A DNA stretch of 64,000 nt from a virus: positions 1 through 64,000 of the IMG/VR virus record IMGVR_UViG_3300049571_000582. One strand, 5' to 3'. Shown in pieces: positions 28,501-36,613 of this stretch. Position 1 is the first letter of the stretch, and every line of letters starts with the position of its first letter. The notes under the pieces were generated by a model that was given only the letters and a program-made list of their open reading frames with translations, searched no databases and had not been told where the DNA came from. A program made the position numbers and the translations under genes.

Positions 28501-29526
28501 GGCGGATCTTTGACCGCATGGAGTGCTGCCGCCCAGAACGCCCTGTCGGCTTACGACGGAGCGTCGACTTCGGCCAAGGCCCTCGCCGATCGCGATGCGG
28601 CCATGCGTATCGAGCGTCAGAAGATCGAACTGGTCAACGCCAAGGGCAAGCGGGTCGGGTCCCGCGATGCCGGGCGGCTTGCCGGCACCGGCGGCGACCT
28701 GCTCACCGGCCACGCCCTGACGGCCCTGTACGGGTCGGCCAGCGACCACAACACCAACGTGGCCAAGCGTCGCGCCCTCGGAAACGCCATCCTGTTTGGA
28801 ATCGCCAAGGACCAGATGTCCGGGAATTTCAGCGGCGGAGCGTCGGCGTACATCCAGCGGCTCGACCTGGCCGACAAGGGCCTGGGCCAGAGCGTCATGG
28901 AGTACGCCAAGGTTTCCAACGAGCTCGCGGCTGCCCAGTCCCGCGGAGACGGCATCAGCGCCGCCGCCATGGACAAGCGGCGGGCCGAACTGGTCCTCGG
29001 TCGTGACTACACGGAAGACTTCTACAAGGAGGCCATCCGGAACATCAACGCCCTTGCCCGCAAGGAAGCCCCGGAGACCGCCGCGACCCGTCCGTCCGAA
29101 AAGCTCGGCTACCGCTCCGGAAATACCGAGTATGACCTCGTGGGGGATCACTTTGTGCCCCGCCGCCACGCGGGCGGCCTGGCCCAAGGCGAAACGATCA
29201 TCCGGACCGGCAGCCAGCCCGAGTGGGTCATGCCGCCGTCAATGGTCGACTCGTTCAAGTCCTCCGTCGCCGGGCTGCACGAGGCCCTGGGCAAACTCAA
29301 CGGACGGCAGGAAATCATGCGGTCGGACGCCGGCGAGTTCATGAGCTCGCAGTCCGACGCCAGCTCCGTCGATCACAGCGTCTCGGGCGAAGTGAAGATC
29401 TCCGCCGACGCCTCCTTCGAGGCCCTTGTGCAGCAGCTCACCGACGCGATCAAGAGCCAGTTGCCCAAGCAGGCCGGCGGCGGCGGCAAGGTTGGCGACA
29501 AGCTGTATCGGCGAACGGTCGGATAA
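19576..29526 (+). CDS. Tape measure protein (3316 aa) with TP901-type core and HExxH metallopeptidase-like region
   Basis: TP901-like core (ADFENAMIRVRKVT...ATRKSGEEIGTSFK...SIAG); HASG...IAELHKGEIVLN motif; LGHEANH...SE; terminal HAGG...PEWVMP. Confidence 0.9.
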   Translation: MGSRKWGIEVDIDLRKVRQRVSEMTKSVAEVESATGRITSAVSSRMGRAGGSAGAAVASLHKEIQQLRTEMKAIAKASITPAGPPRTTTRRMFQSRYGINDDYFNQPASARGPMPRPFTMGGKRYYDSNQVMATLLQAKVAFPITQKLEEIKSAIERGVVTNAPQADAGRMVKQAVDQIQKVAGAARRGGTPSGFIRNLPTRAQAFADQGRELANQIYALKASISSEQHRIARASGLNQEASYKNNVGKLNRSRTLGRQLAANLQNYPQDMAVAQLYDQLVKSGATQGGGKGRGARYGLTNTLRQPEVEAAFRKAFELNDKQWSMLLRRSNSVAKNYKGFLDPQAILGPLQNQLKSLSETSPSAGGDAKVAKAARQRVTKIVEAVEAKAAEQIAKAPVATNDSALEALKNGREAMIARTMANAKKAMANLESKGLSDKYSRRVASAFSDRVRLINAGHYDVPANKRKVLVDELELENDRTLRGGTSRGSFRHAVRRSELAASGRTRTSSGSNAGDEPNDLSGMWTRFKGAAGRAAYWGAAGGAIYGGIGVARDGLKTMADFENAMIRVRKVTDPGALNMRELGKSAREMATEFGASLDEVGSAMEIYAAQGLKQKDILEQTRVAMVAANVTDLDMVKATEALTAAVKQFNLPMDQSMRVLDSWNEVENKTSVNAKVLTEALKHSGTVARAAGVDFDSFNGMVAAVGEATRKSGEEIGTSFKFIFQNARRDQAVEALQDINVLSVDASGKFRSMKNVLGEVADKWGSLTERQKQNVGVSIAGIRRLNDFFVLMENWDRAKEVADISNPLNSSESAMKENKIAMESLNKQIDQLKASYDGLWASLGESGAINVLKGLTNALKGLLDLTSGLNNLTGGAAGGTAGTLGAASLIAAPFVANLDVLGMFSPTPSKATRRRRAAAKSFDKQVVEGLVGEQSLGDAATGSGVPRLLAGRRFQSAMGLLGVHAAASYYDSHLRQGSPERPTARDTAVTVGSNLLESGLAASALWKGNVFQGGLLKNFRSQGMGSKLGVILLALQAAGTISGSLSDYFKGRASGPEKSPQVVKAGTLDAVQEGAEGQYVLTAKRLSEFVTEYDKALRSLVDTNRGIMETQQQIADAVVDAGSLTGEALASNGTGVRSATMKVRGLEEIDRRDIRSFGSPVGTGDASNVPTMYRELIGHAILAQKNGATVGLEGSVLGGLELNHAVTGLGSEIGKQINALFKTKGLLDVKTADSDIAQNFSEDTLKSLLKNDTIYGQINKLITDAENAKKSGNTDLSESFKTQARQIAAEAVQDEAHKVLDIPRAEAIRQLSDYRTTARESVGVLGARYQSLQTTGQVSNVQEFLSRADVKELVDGLRSRRSRVDAVRDQAAARLDELRNAPDSTKSTAGYTAELRNAEDIVKLLQGTSEAMSNSLGDLEKNVEQSAVGFQKLSSELDLVSARARNGGALGLSGVSALDFGLKQIGEEIQKVSGDGSLTENNRDAALKRLGELKNEMELQRKLELDQREYAKKGLTQSVLTTRLLSSAGLEGNGAQQYVEAALSQYKETVQNLVGRFTESHPDASRDDRDKFLGDASQALEPLTNSLKDLIRSQDANFQKNYLLASPSDRAMADQVQAAMRQGMTADDIFSDPYVREGAKNNPLLNDLLGKAVDSQVAEQALSVQQDSRGILAQIEKNTAGLGEKYGLPTSSHASGTLHQRGTRNVDGRGRISRDGTIAELHKGEIVLNKRQSDELLMNRFETGTAPDLRMGGAKDLYRWLRTKGWSLQSVPGEGYGASNAKFPGQMPVRPEPTVLAALKRTEAQDRFFRSMGMLAAGRGAADQFSQLVAGPSAEMFRLAGGSNATNLIERMKLRASNLDILGIGSGKTKSLFASAVIRDRLLKSGASAQFLKPTFVADGKLVPGTRIHAVDPATIELSRFLASGGVNAPKGAVNRGAGVLGHEANHLLDRMWRGQVYPNDLPKQRQVIGKLWGMVSGNDDPLMKIARERFFSVASSGKKNYYGQLLSRFSKNPSQQMYSGIGQRMISEIMSHYVELAKATGKPLPEVMRQMNAAKAENWLSLSSKIQKAGSSGVPMRDYGNAKSATISKMLEALSEHPEVTGFRNAESLLAGKWRNSRYFPTFSRLIPGMASSAGNAGRSFLRYLAENGGNGGSNYGPYTPGRLSQALAGEWGRIRTSAVNSTAQWYRESDTLNLIRRGWGVGKKAASAIGSELKDMGRLSWQSATTSTAQWYRESDTLNLLRRGASKGRSIFGDWYSDLRNPELSNQAVAPFEWLSAGPKTTPVYRYGINKYLSSWGSRIASGASRAGDAMGGLREAAGIRLAPVAGRLGAFGGRLGAFGGRVAGTLREGLELGGEGLRLGGRFAGKYGNIGATVGLAAAQYFGYHLPRPIDSTLGVVAAHGLAESGTLTGLGIRSRLISRASTALESLAVNGGRLSGAAGAGSRGLISLGRFSSGATRLGGKILEPIAVAQAGYDLSIVPSWLLHKTGAMSDGTYKRTAEAHAALGAGVGGLLGDSLSTIWSPDARTAWGLVGSKYGANLTKGDIWSQAYDSKSWYNPMGLYDVAGVTANKLLAGWADAKGQVLDEQDTNQWKFGRNVTDHLMFEKLLLGDPATRAMVEKRIDSASGNGGASDYQGSLKDRIAQLDAQINQGEKYSRSLDQTDPRVKSILASLDSARSYRESLQGRLGKYGNIKSARGKMLEQYAQTIREVSPDGYKQMMTSGARRLLGDVASAFGITADGKVIDRLAAGAAGMPSDATLVDLLNASGAGIDAGAIASMLDPSQGGIAGTQKLKGQIATAFTDGGADKLGKAGVADKLTPDQIKGIQKSLGDVTSESDSFSTLSQIASNFGPRYSAWKKSSDMLSQQASGLLGSLTIPSYDPVKAPAAIRSLIERYNRAMPGLSQGYASVSAEGGDLRNAYTLAGDLFGKLPDYAQKALARRLKPGTPVTAAALLGVESFQGNDALDKLLGPGGSLTAWSAAAQNALSAYDGASTSAKALADRDAAMRIERQKIELVNAKGKRVGSRDAGRLAGTGGDLLTGHALTALYGSASDHNTNVAKRRALGNAILFGIAKDQMSGNFSGGASAYIQRLDLADKGLGQSVMEYAKVSNELAAAQSRGDGISAAAMDKRRAELVLGRDYTEDFYKEAIRNINALARKEAPETAATRPSEKLGYRSGNTEYDLVGDHFVPRRHAGGLAQGETIIRTGSQPEWVMPPSMVDSFKSSVAGLHEALGKLNGRQEIMRSDAGEFMSSQSDASSVDHSVSGEVKISADASFEALVQQLTDAIKSQLPKQAGGGGKVGDKLYRRTVG
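26121..26313 (+). repeat. 55-nt imperfect direct repeat (2 copies, 138 nt apart) inside the TMP
   Basis: 26121-26175 and 26259-26313 both encode STAQWYRESDTLNL(I/L)RRG; differences are mostly synonymous. Confidence 0.9.
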
Positions 29527-29538
29527 AGGGAAAAGGTC

Positions 29539-30381
29539 ATGGCGTTACCGGATGTGAGTTTCACCAACAACCTGGGCACCATCGTGTTCAAGCGGGCGCT
29601 GGTCGACATCGCCGACCAGTTCACCAGCGATGGCCGCTCGGTGGTGCGGGCCAAGCGTGTCACCGTGGATGCCCAGGTCGCCCGGGCGACGGCGGAGCGG
29701 CTCGAGGGCGTGATGGGTGCTTCCGCGCCGGGCCTTCCCGGAACCCTCACGCTTCCCTGGGGTGCGATCTCCAACGTCAAGATCGAATCCCTTGAAGCGG
29801 ACGTCGGTGCGTGGCAGGACTTTTGTCCCGTCACGGTGTCATTTTTGGACGACCGCCCCGAGAACAACATCTACACCCTGATGGTCATGGGGTACGAACT
29901 CCACAACCCGCGCATCACCATGCCCGTCGCGGCCAAGAGGACCTACGACTACTACCTGCAAATCCCCTCACAGCAGCAGGGGGCGATCGCCCCATCGAAT
30001 CCCTACTACGGCCCGATCAGGTTCCGCACCGGCTACGGCATGATGGAGATCAACATCTCCGGCTCACTGGTCCTCCCTTCGGGCACGCTGCCCGAGGGCC
30101 TGCGGGAACGGCTGGTCCAGCGAATTGGAGTCGATCCCCCTGCAATGGACGGATACACCGAGATCGTGAATTTGGCGACAACCCTGCCCCCGGGCTACCC
30201 CAAGGTGTTTCGGCTCAAGGATGCAATCCCCCAGATCGACGGCCAGCTGAGCACCACGTGCGTCTTCGTGGCCAGCGGAAAGGTGATCTGGGACATCGAG
30301 AAGCTCTCGGCCCGGGTGAATCTGACGCTCCTTGCCCAGCCGCAGGCATGGCGCGGGGTGGAAGCAGGAGGCGGAAACTAA
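29539..30381 (+). CDS. Putative distal tail protein
   Basis: First gene after the TMP; beta-rich; 280 aa. Confidence 0.5.
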   Translation: MALPDVSFTNNLGTIVFKRALVDIADQFTSDGRSVVRAKRVTVDAQVARATAERLEGVMGASAPGLPGTLTLPWGAISNVKIESLEADVGAWQDFCPVTVSFLDDRPENNIYTLMVMGYELHNPRITMPVAAKRTYDYYLQIPSQQQGAIAPSNPYYGPIRFRTGYGMMEINISGSLVLPSGTLPEGLRERLVQRIGVDPPAMDGYTEIVNLATTLPPGYPKVFRLKDAIPQIDGQLSTTCVFVASGKVIWDIEKLSARVNLTLLAQPQAWRGVEAGGGN

Positions 30382-31274
30382 TGGCCATCGTGTGCTTTGA
30401 CAAGATCCTGCAGATCACCCGCGACCAGACGTCGGAAATCGCCGGCGGCTTTGGTGCCGTGGGGCCGACCAACCAGACCTCCCGGCCGACCCTCTACGAT
30501 CCGGACTGGGGCTATTTCATCTTCGGGCAAAGCGTGAGCTTCGAATACAACGAGGCCAATGCGTATCAGCCCGCCGCCACCTTCACGATCAAGGGCGTTT
30601 TCACCCACAATGCCAGCGGCACAACCCTGTCCAGTGACGACACGTCCATGACGACACTGGCGGGAAAGTTCCTTGCCCTCTCTGCGATGCTCCAGGCGAA
30701 AGCCATGGCCGCTGCACCAGACGATATTTCGCAGTGGGGATCCGCCGACGACCTCCGCACCGTGGTGCTTCCGCTTCCGCTGGTGGACAAGGATGGGAAC
30801 CGAATCCGTGCCATCCCGACGGAGATCCGTGCCGAGAAGGGGCAGTTCGCCAACGAGGTGGCCTACAGCGCCACGCTCACGGAAGCCCGGGTTCCCGCCG
30901 CGAAGCTGATCATCAATGACGTCATTGTGGATCATGGCGTTATCACCATCACCCTGCCCTCTCCGGAAATGGCGCGGCATGAACTTGTGGGCACTTCTGG
31001 CGAAGTCCTGCAGATCCTGCATTATAAAACTATGGAAGTGGATGTTGCCGGCACCCTTCCCCTCACAGAGCAAGACCAGATCGCCACCGACGCGGCCGCC
31101 GAACTGGCGGATTCGCTGGCGTCGGGGGAACTGGCCTTGAGGCTCGCCACGTCTCTAAGCGGAACGGTTTCCGTGGGAGATCTGTGGCAAGGTTTGGCAA
31201 TCACCGACCAGCCCGTCGTGGACTTGGATTACGCCAATGCCATTGCAGCTGTGTCTGTGCGGGCAAGGGAGTAG
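30381..31274 (+). CDS. Putative tail/baseplate protein (297 aa)
   Basis: TAATG coupling with the previous gene; GGAGG SD; starts MAIVCFD. Confidence 0.6.
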   Translation: MAIVCFDKILQITRDQTSEIAGGFGAVGPTNQTSRPTLYDPDWGYFIFGQSVSFEYNEANAYQPAATFTIKGVFTHNASGTTLSSDDTSMTTLAGKFLALSAMLQAKAMAAAPDDISQWGSADDLRTVVLPLPLVDKDGNRIRAIPTEIRAEKGQFANEVAYSATLTEARVPAAKLIINDVIVDHGVITITLPSPEMARHELVGTSGEVLQILHYKTMEVDVAGTLPLTEQDQIATDAAAELADSLASGELALRLATSLSGTVSVGDLWQGLAITDQPVVDLDYANAIAAVSVRARE

Positions 31275-31278
31275 CTGA

Positions 31279-34200
31279 ATGTCACTAATGCTTCAATCGC
31301 CGGCGCTGCTGGAATCCAGCGGCGGCCACGGGATCCGCCCTTTCGGCTACAAAGTGGAGTTCGCCTACCCGCCCGACGAAAACGAATTCGTCGACTCGCG
31401 TCACGCCTCGTGGCGGGAAAAGCTCGTCCAGCTCGACCAGGTCACCCAGACCTACGGCAGCGAGGCGCAGACCGCCAGCATTGTCAGCTGGGATCCCGAT
31501 GCGATCGACCCTGCCTCCGTGTCCGACCCTGAATCGATCCTCGGCGTGCCCAAGAATGGGCAGGCCATCCGAATCACCGTCAAAGATGCCGCAGGCGACG
31601 ATCATGTGATCTTCAAGGGAACGATCATGAGCGTCCACAGCGACAAGCGATCCAGCGGCGTGACGTGGCGGGCCGAGGCTGTCAGCGAGATCCAGAGACT
31701 CAGCGAGCCGACCTTCACTGGTGCGTTCAACCCCGAGCAGGATCCGGTCAACCCGCACCCCTATTTCGACGGCACCGGCAAGGTCCTGGCCAAGCGGTAC
31801 ACGGTCAAGGAGATCATCACCGAGATCGTCCGTTACCCTGATGCGTGGGGGACGCAGGAGTATTTTCAGCTTGCCGACATCGACTGGAACGGCCTGGACA
31901 CCGACCCGCGGTGCGGGGGCTTCAAGCCCGAGTCGCTCGTTTTCGACAACACGCCCAAGGGCAAGGCCATCGAAGAAACCCTTCAACGTGCCGGCAATTT
32001 CACCTTCCTCTACGTCGCCGCCACCGACAAGATTCGGATCGTCGAACTCAATCGGAATTGCACCGACTGCGGAAGCCAGTGGCCCGTGTCGTTTGCCTCC
32101 ACCGACGCTGACGATGCCAGCAATTCCTATGCGTACCAGTTCACGGTCGCTGAAGACAAGACCGAGTGGTCCAGCACGCGATCGGCCAACCTCTGTCGCA
32201 TCATGACCGGCCCGATCCAATTCTATTCCGGCCACAGCGTGGTGCCCGAGCGGGCCACCGGCACAAACGACCAGCATGTTGTCGCCGACGACGCCGACGA
32301 CGCCGCCAGCCAGAAGCGAAAGTCCGTCAACCCCGACGGCACGTTTTTCCGCCTGGTGTATCCCACCAAGATCGGCGTCAACGACACGCGCAAGATCATC
32401 CGGATGTTCACCGGCATGCCCCTTTTCCCGGACTGGAACATCTTCGAAGACTTCATGCCGGCGGTGTACGAGATTGGCGAAGTTCAGCCGCCGTACCCCA
32501 CGCCCGCCGGGTTCAACGCCGCCCAGTACCGCGGCAAGGTCGAATTCCAGCCCTTCAGCGCCGGCGACCAGATCGCCCGCGGCGAAACGCACCTGGGCAA
32601 GACCGACAACCTCCGCAGCTATGGCCTGTGGTTCTGCAAGGATGTCTGCCCCGCCTGTCAGGGATGGGGCGTGGTCAAGAAGATCTATTCGAACGCGGAG
32701 AATGAGCCCAACATCACGTTTGTGCTCAAGGGCCCGACGGGCGCGCAGCGGTACCTCCCCGAGGTGACCAACTACATCTTCAAGCCCTCGGACTTTGGTT
32801 CTCCCACGGCCTCCCCCGAAGGGCTCTCCCCGTTTTACAACGGATCCGGCGAGCCGCAGGACCCCGAGGATCCAGTGGTGGTCGCCACCGGCGGCTACCC
32901 ACTCCCCTGGAAAAACACCTGCCCGTTCTGCCGCGGCGTCGGCATGAAGCCCGAGTTCCGGATCCGCAACTTGAGCCAGGGGCTGTTCCGCGGCCGCAAC
33001 CTCAAGGCCTCCCCGGACCCTGCATCCACGGCGACAGAGCTCCCCGCAGACCCCGACGCAACGGCGACCGGTCCGGAAACATGGGAAGAAGCCAATAACC
33101 GCATGGCCCACAACGAAGGGCCGGTCCTGCAGGTCGAGGTACCCGTGAGCACGGCCAAGTACGTGCTGCCGGCATACGAATACCGCAATCGTCCATTCAC
33201 CGGCACCGATTCCCTGGCAACGCTCACCGACGGCAGCGGCGGCACACCGGATGTGAAGGTCAAGAAGTTTCCCCACCCGCTGCAGTTTACCTCTCTCACC
33301 AAGCACCTGCTGGGGCTCCAGGGGGTGGGCGTTCAGGCGGGGGATCCGGCCGGCCGCGACAAGATCGCACCGTCGACCTGGTATGCGACCGTTCCCTTCA
33401 CCACCATTTACACCGGCTCGATCGGGTCCCCACGGTTTGACCCGGAAGAGGGGCGGGTGCTGTTTCAGGAACCCATCTTCATTCCCTGCACGAAGAACTT
33501 TGCCACCATCCAGACGGTCAACGGCAACAAGGCGCGTGTGGATGCCACAGGACTGCTCGCGACGGGATCGGTCGCCGGTGGCTGCGTCACCGCCGACGCG
33601 CGGGGGCTCCCCACGGGATACTGGCGTCCTGCCCGCGTGTGGATGATGTTCAACTACGAACGCGAGCACTATTTCCATGACGGCCGCAAGGATCCCGGTG
33701 GGCAGGACATCCCGACGACCGAGTTCACCTACACCTCGCCCGAAGGCGAAACCGGCCAATTCCAGGCCCGGGCCTCGATCGTCGACGGGCGCTACTGCCT
33801 GGACGTGCGAAAGAAGGTCTCGGAGGACACGCCCCAGAACATTGAGATCGGCTCCTACAACCGCCTGATCCCGGTCGTCTACAACGAGCCCCGCGCGGTG
33901 GTTCAGGTCCACGAAGCGGATTTCTGGAAGATGCCCGTACCGCCCCAGCCCGATCTTTCCGACGGCGATTATGACACCGCCCGGAAGGACGCAGAGGCCA
34001 AGTACGTGTACGGAAAGCTGATCAAGTGGGAAAGGACCACGACCGGCGAGGCACTCGTTGAGAACGCGGGGTGGAGCGATGCCGACCACTACGGCTCCCT
34101 GATGCGGCCCAAGGCCTACCAGTGGCGGATGCAGGACGACCGGCCCCGCCTCCTGGGCCTGGCGGCCCGACGCCTCGACGTGATCAATGACCTGCAGGTG

Positions 34201-34533
34201 CAAGGTACCCTCAAACTCGTCGGCCCCGTTCATGACGTGGACGCCGGGCTTGGGTTTGTCGATTATCCCGACAGGGGCAAGGCCGCGGTTGTGCGGGTGA
34301 CCTACAACTTCAGCGGCGAATTCTCCACGGAGATCGAGCTTCACCGGGAAGAGAATCGCCTCGGCGAATTGCCGCCCGACGACAAGGACAAGCAAAACCG
34401 CGTGGAGCGGGAGCTGGCGTCCCTCCGCAAGACCGTCGACGTTCAGCGGGCGGTGAAGCCCGGTGACGATGGTGCCCGGCCGGAAAGCTCGCTGGATGAT
34501 GACCCCATGGGCATGTTCACGGGAGGCCGGTAA
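31279..34533 (+). CDS. Putative baseplate hub/Tal-like protein (1084 aa)
   Basis: Hub-like N-terminus (GQAIRITV...IFKGTI...EIITEI) and C-terminus (VRVTYNFSGEFSTEIEL); a split CxxCxGxG pair. Confidence 0.6.
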   Translation: MSLMLQSPALLESSGGHGIRPFGYKVEFAYPPDENEFVDSRHASWREKLVQLDQVTQTYGSEAQTASIVSWDPDAIDPASVSDPESILGVPKNGQAIRITVKDAAGDDHVIFKGTIMSVHSDKRSSGVTWRAEAVSEIQRLSEPTFTGAFNPEQDPVNPHPYFDGTGKVLAKRYTVKEIITEIVRYPDAWGTQEYFQLADIDWNGLDTDPRCGGFKPESLVFDNTPKGKAIEETLQRAGNFTFLYVAATDKIRIVELNRNCTDCGSQWPVSFASTDADDASNSYAYQFTVAEDKTEWSSTRSANLCRIMTGPIQFYSGHSVVPERATGTNDQHVVADDADDAASQKRKSVNPDGTFFRLVYPTKIGVNDTRKIIRMFTGMPLFPDWNIFEDFMPAVYEIGEVQPPYPTPAGFNAAQYRGKVEFQPFSAGDQIARGETHLGKTDNLRSYGLWFCKDVCPACQGWGVVKKIYSNAENEPNITFVLKGPTGAQRYLPEVTNYIFKPSDFGSPTASPEGLSPFYNGSGEPQDPEDPVVVATGGYPLPWKNTCPFCRGVGMKPEFRIRNLSQGLFRGRNLKASPDPASTATELPADPDATATGPETWEEANNRMAHNEGPVLQVEVPVSTAKYVLPAYEYRNRPFTGTDSLATLTDGSGGTPDVKVKKFPHPLQFTSLTKHLLGLQGVGVQAGDPAGRDKIAPSTWYATVPFTTIYTGSIGSPRFDPEEGRVLFQEPIFIPCTKNFATIQTVNGNKARVDATGLLATGSVAGGCVTADARGLPTGYWRPARVWMMFNYEREHYFHDGRKDPGGQDIPTTEFTYTSPEGETGQFQARASIVDGRYCLDVRKKVSEDTPQNIEIGSYNRLIPVVYNEPRAVVQVHEADFWKMPVPPQPDLSDGDYDTARKDAEAKYVYGKLIKWERTTTGEALVENAGWSDADHYGSLMRPKAYQWRMQDDRPRLLGLAARRLDVINDLQVQGTLKLVGPVHDVDAGLGFVDYPDRGKAAVVRVTYNFSGEFSTEIELHREENRLGELPPDDKDKQNRVERELASLRKTVDVQRAVKPGDDGARPESSLDDDPMGMFTGGR

Positions 34534-34940
34534 TGAACAAGCAAAGCGAAAACGCGCTGGTGCAGTACACCGCCAAGCAAATCAGCTCGAGCCTCCTGCG
34601 GGCGATTGCCTTGGCCACGGGCGCTTCGGACGCCGACATGAAGCAGTGGCGCATGGACGTGTCCAAGATCCACTTCCATGACACCAGTTCCGGCGAAATC
34701 GCCTGGAACGACGTGCAGGCCATCACCATGTTCAACGCGGCGACGGGCCAGCAGGTCCCGGTGCCTGAGACCGCGTCGGAGGGGTACAACCGCCACTACC
34801 ATACCTCTGAGTTCGATGGCGGATTCATCCCGGGGATGGGGCCCCACGACCACCGCAGCAACGATCCTGCATACGGGGGATTTGCCTTCGCCGTGTACCA
34901 CCCGGGAACGGCGCTGCCGCAGATGCCATGGGCGGTTTAA
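34533..34940 (+). CDS. Putative tail spike/tip protein with HxH motifs
   Basis: HYH and HDH near the C-terminus; translationally coupled to the hub gene. Confidence 0.5.
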   Translation: MNKQSENALVQYTAKQISSSLLRAIALATGASDADMKQWRMDVSKIHFHDTSSGEIAWNDVQAITMFNAATGQQVPVPETASEGYNRHYHTSEFDGGFIPGMGPHDHRSNDPAYGGFAFAVYHPGTALPQMPWAV

Positions 34941-34946
34941 TTGCGG

Positions 34947-34977
34947 CGAATACCACCCTCGGCCGCCATTACTATCT
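34947..34977 (+). promoter_or_regulatory. Putative phage late promoter, copy 6 (CGAA-N19-TACTATCT)
   Basis: GAA 34948-34950 and TACTAT 34970-34975; SD and ATG 34995 follow immediately. Confidence 0.7.
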
Positions 34978-34994
34978 GGCAACGAGGGGGGAAC

Positions 34995-35900
34995 ATGGGC
35001 AAGCCATTCAGGATTGCGACATTCGACGGCGGCGGAATCTGCGGACTCTACTCCGTCGGCCTGATGCGCCGCATTATTCAGCAGTTCCCCGGCATCACCG
35101 ACAGCATCGATCTTTTCGCCGGCACCTCCACCGGCGGGCTCATCGCCCTTTCCTTGGCTGCGAACCTGTCGATCGACACCGTGCGCGACCTGTATCTCAA
35201 CAAGGCAAAAAGCATTTTCGCCAAGCCGCTGGGCTGGCGGATCAAGAGCGTGTTCGGGGCCGCGGAGTCCAAGTATTCCAACAAGGGCCTGATCAAGGCC
35301 GCGTATGAGGTCTTTGGCGGGACCTTTCTGGGCGAGCTGCCCAAGAAAGTCGTCGTGCCGGCATTTGACCTCTGCTCCGAAGCGTCGCCCGAAGATCCCT
35401 CGTGGCGGACCCGCTTCTTCCACAACCTCACCCCCGACGACAAGCTGGAGCTGGTTTCGGACATCGCCGTCAGGACCGCCTCCGCCCCCACCTTCTTCCC
35501 CTCGTATCAGGGCTATGTCGACGGCGGGGTTTTCGCCAACTTCCCCGCACTCGTGGCCGTCTCCCAGGCGATGGAAAAGAACCCCAGCCTCCAGCTCGAA
35601 GACATCCGCCTGCTGGCGGTGGGGACCGGCGGGCAGATCAAGTACATCTCCGGACAGGACCTCTCGTGGGGTGCCGTCCAGTGGATCCGTCCCATTCTCG
35701 ACATCTTCATGGGGGCGCAGTCCCTGCTGGTCGACAGCCTCTGCAAGAAACTCCTCAGCGAGCGGTACTGTCGTCTGAGTCCCGCCATCCCCGGCATCGC
35801 AATGGACGATGTCTCCCGCATGGGTGAACTGGTGTCACTGGCTGAAAACACCGACCTGGGACCAACTTTTGATTGGGTTGAGAAAACATTTCTCGCCTGA
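34995..35900 (+). CDS. Patatin-like phospholipase
   Basis: DGGG oxyanion loop; GTSTG nucleophile; ASAPTFF; DGG catalytic Asp; GAGGGGGG SD. Confidence 0.93.
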   Translation: MGKPFRIATFDGGGICGLYSVGLMRRIIQQFPGITDSIDLFAGTSTGGLIALSLAANLSIDTVRDLYLNKAKSIFAKPLGWRIKSVFGAAESKYSNKGLIKAAYEVFGGTFLGELPKKVVVPAFDLCSEASPEDPSWRTRFFHNLTPDDKLELVSDIAVRTASAPTFFPSYQGYVDGGVFANFPALVAVSQAMEKNPSLQLEDIRLLAVGTGGQIKYISGQDLSWGAVQWIRPILDIFMGAQSLLVDSLCKKLLSERYCRLSPAIPGIAMDDVSRMGELVSLAENTDLGPTFDWVEKTFLA

Positions 35901-35979
35901 TGCCCGATCTATGAACGCCAGCGGAGTGGAAGTGGCCCGCGGGGTCGCCCGCAGGCTACTTACAACGGAGGCACATAGC

Positions 35980-36480
35980 GTGCAGGAACAACTCAAAAAC
36001 GAACTCAGAAAACGGTTTTCTGATTACGGCATTCAGAGCGAAGCCCACCTCGACATCGCCATGAACCGGTCCGCCTCGATTGTGGAAAAGAACGTCGTCC
36101 CCGCCGATGCCGCCAAGATCGCCGAATTCGTCCGCATGCAGTACGGGGGGTTGTTTGGCGCAGAGCCGGGGACTGTTGCTGCAACTCCGCCGGCGGTAAC
36201 CAAAGCGCCGCCCGCGCAGAAGCCCCAGCAGCCCCCGGCTCCGACGGAAGGGGAACCCTCTTCGGTCAAGGTTGAAGGCAAGGAACACCCGCCCGCACCC
36301 GCAGCCCCCGTCGCTCCCGCCGCGCCGGCGACCACTCCGGCGTCCGCCAAGGGCAACGCTGGCAAGCCCCAGAACAAGAAGGACCCCAAGCCCGCAGCTC
36401 CGGCACCCTCGGCCGAAGTGAAGCAGGAGCCCAAGTCCGACGCCAAAAACGAACACAAGGCCGAAGGCACCAACGCCTAA
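35980..36480 (+). CDS. Hypothetical protein with a long Pro/Ala/Lys disordered tail
   Basis: GTG 35980 after GGAGG; low-complexity C-terminal two-thirds. Confidence 0.7.
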   Translation: MQEQLKNELRKRFSDYGIQSEAHLDIAMNRSASIVEKNVVPADAAKIAEFVRMQYGGLFGAEPGTVAATPPAVTKAPPAQKPQQPPAPTEGEPSSVKVEGKEHPPAPAAPVAPAAPATTPASAKGNAGKPQNKKDPKPAAPAPSAEVKQEPKSDAKNEHKAEGTNA

Positions 36481-36613
36481 CGCCTGCTGAAAAGGGGAAG
36501 CCGTCGCCGCGGGTTCATTGGGAGCCCTCGGCCAGTTCTTCGCCATCATTACCCGAGAGGGTGATCCGCGGCGACGGCAACATTTTTCGGGGTTCATTTC
36601 TAAGGGGGGGACC

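Noticed and set aside
22300-29187. 2295-aa antisense ORF, and similar ones at 31285-34395, 37574-40465, 41060-43378 and 46804-50694
   Set aside because: These are shadow ORFs mirroring + strand genes. High GC3 codon bias suppresses antisense stops, and they show no motifs or SD.
31001-31028. CGAA-N18-TATAAA as another promoter copy
   Set aside because: The downstream box lacks the conserved final T and the following CT; too weak to call.
34995-35900. CBASS system built around a CapV-like patatin
   Set aside because: No CD-NTase or Cap2/Cap3 genes are nearby; the flanks are virion genes.
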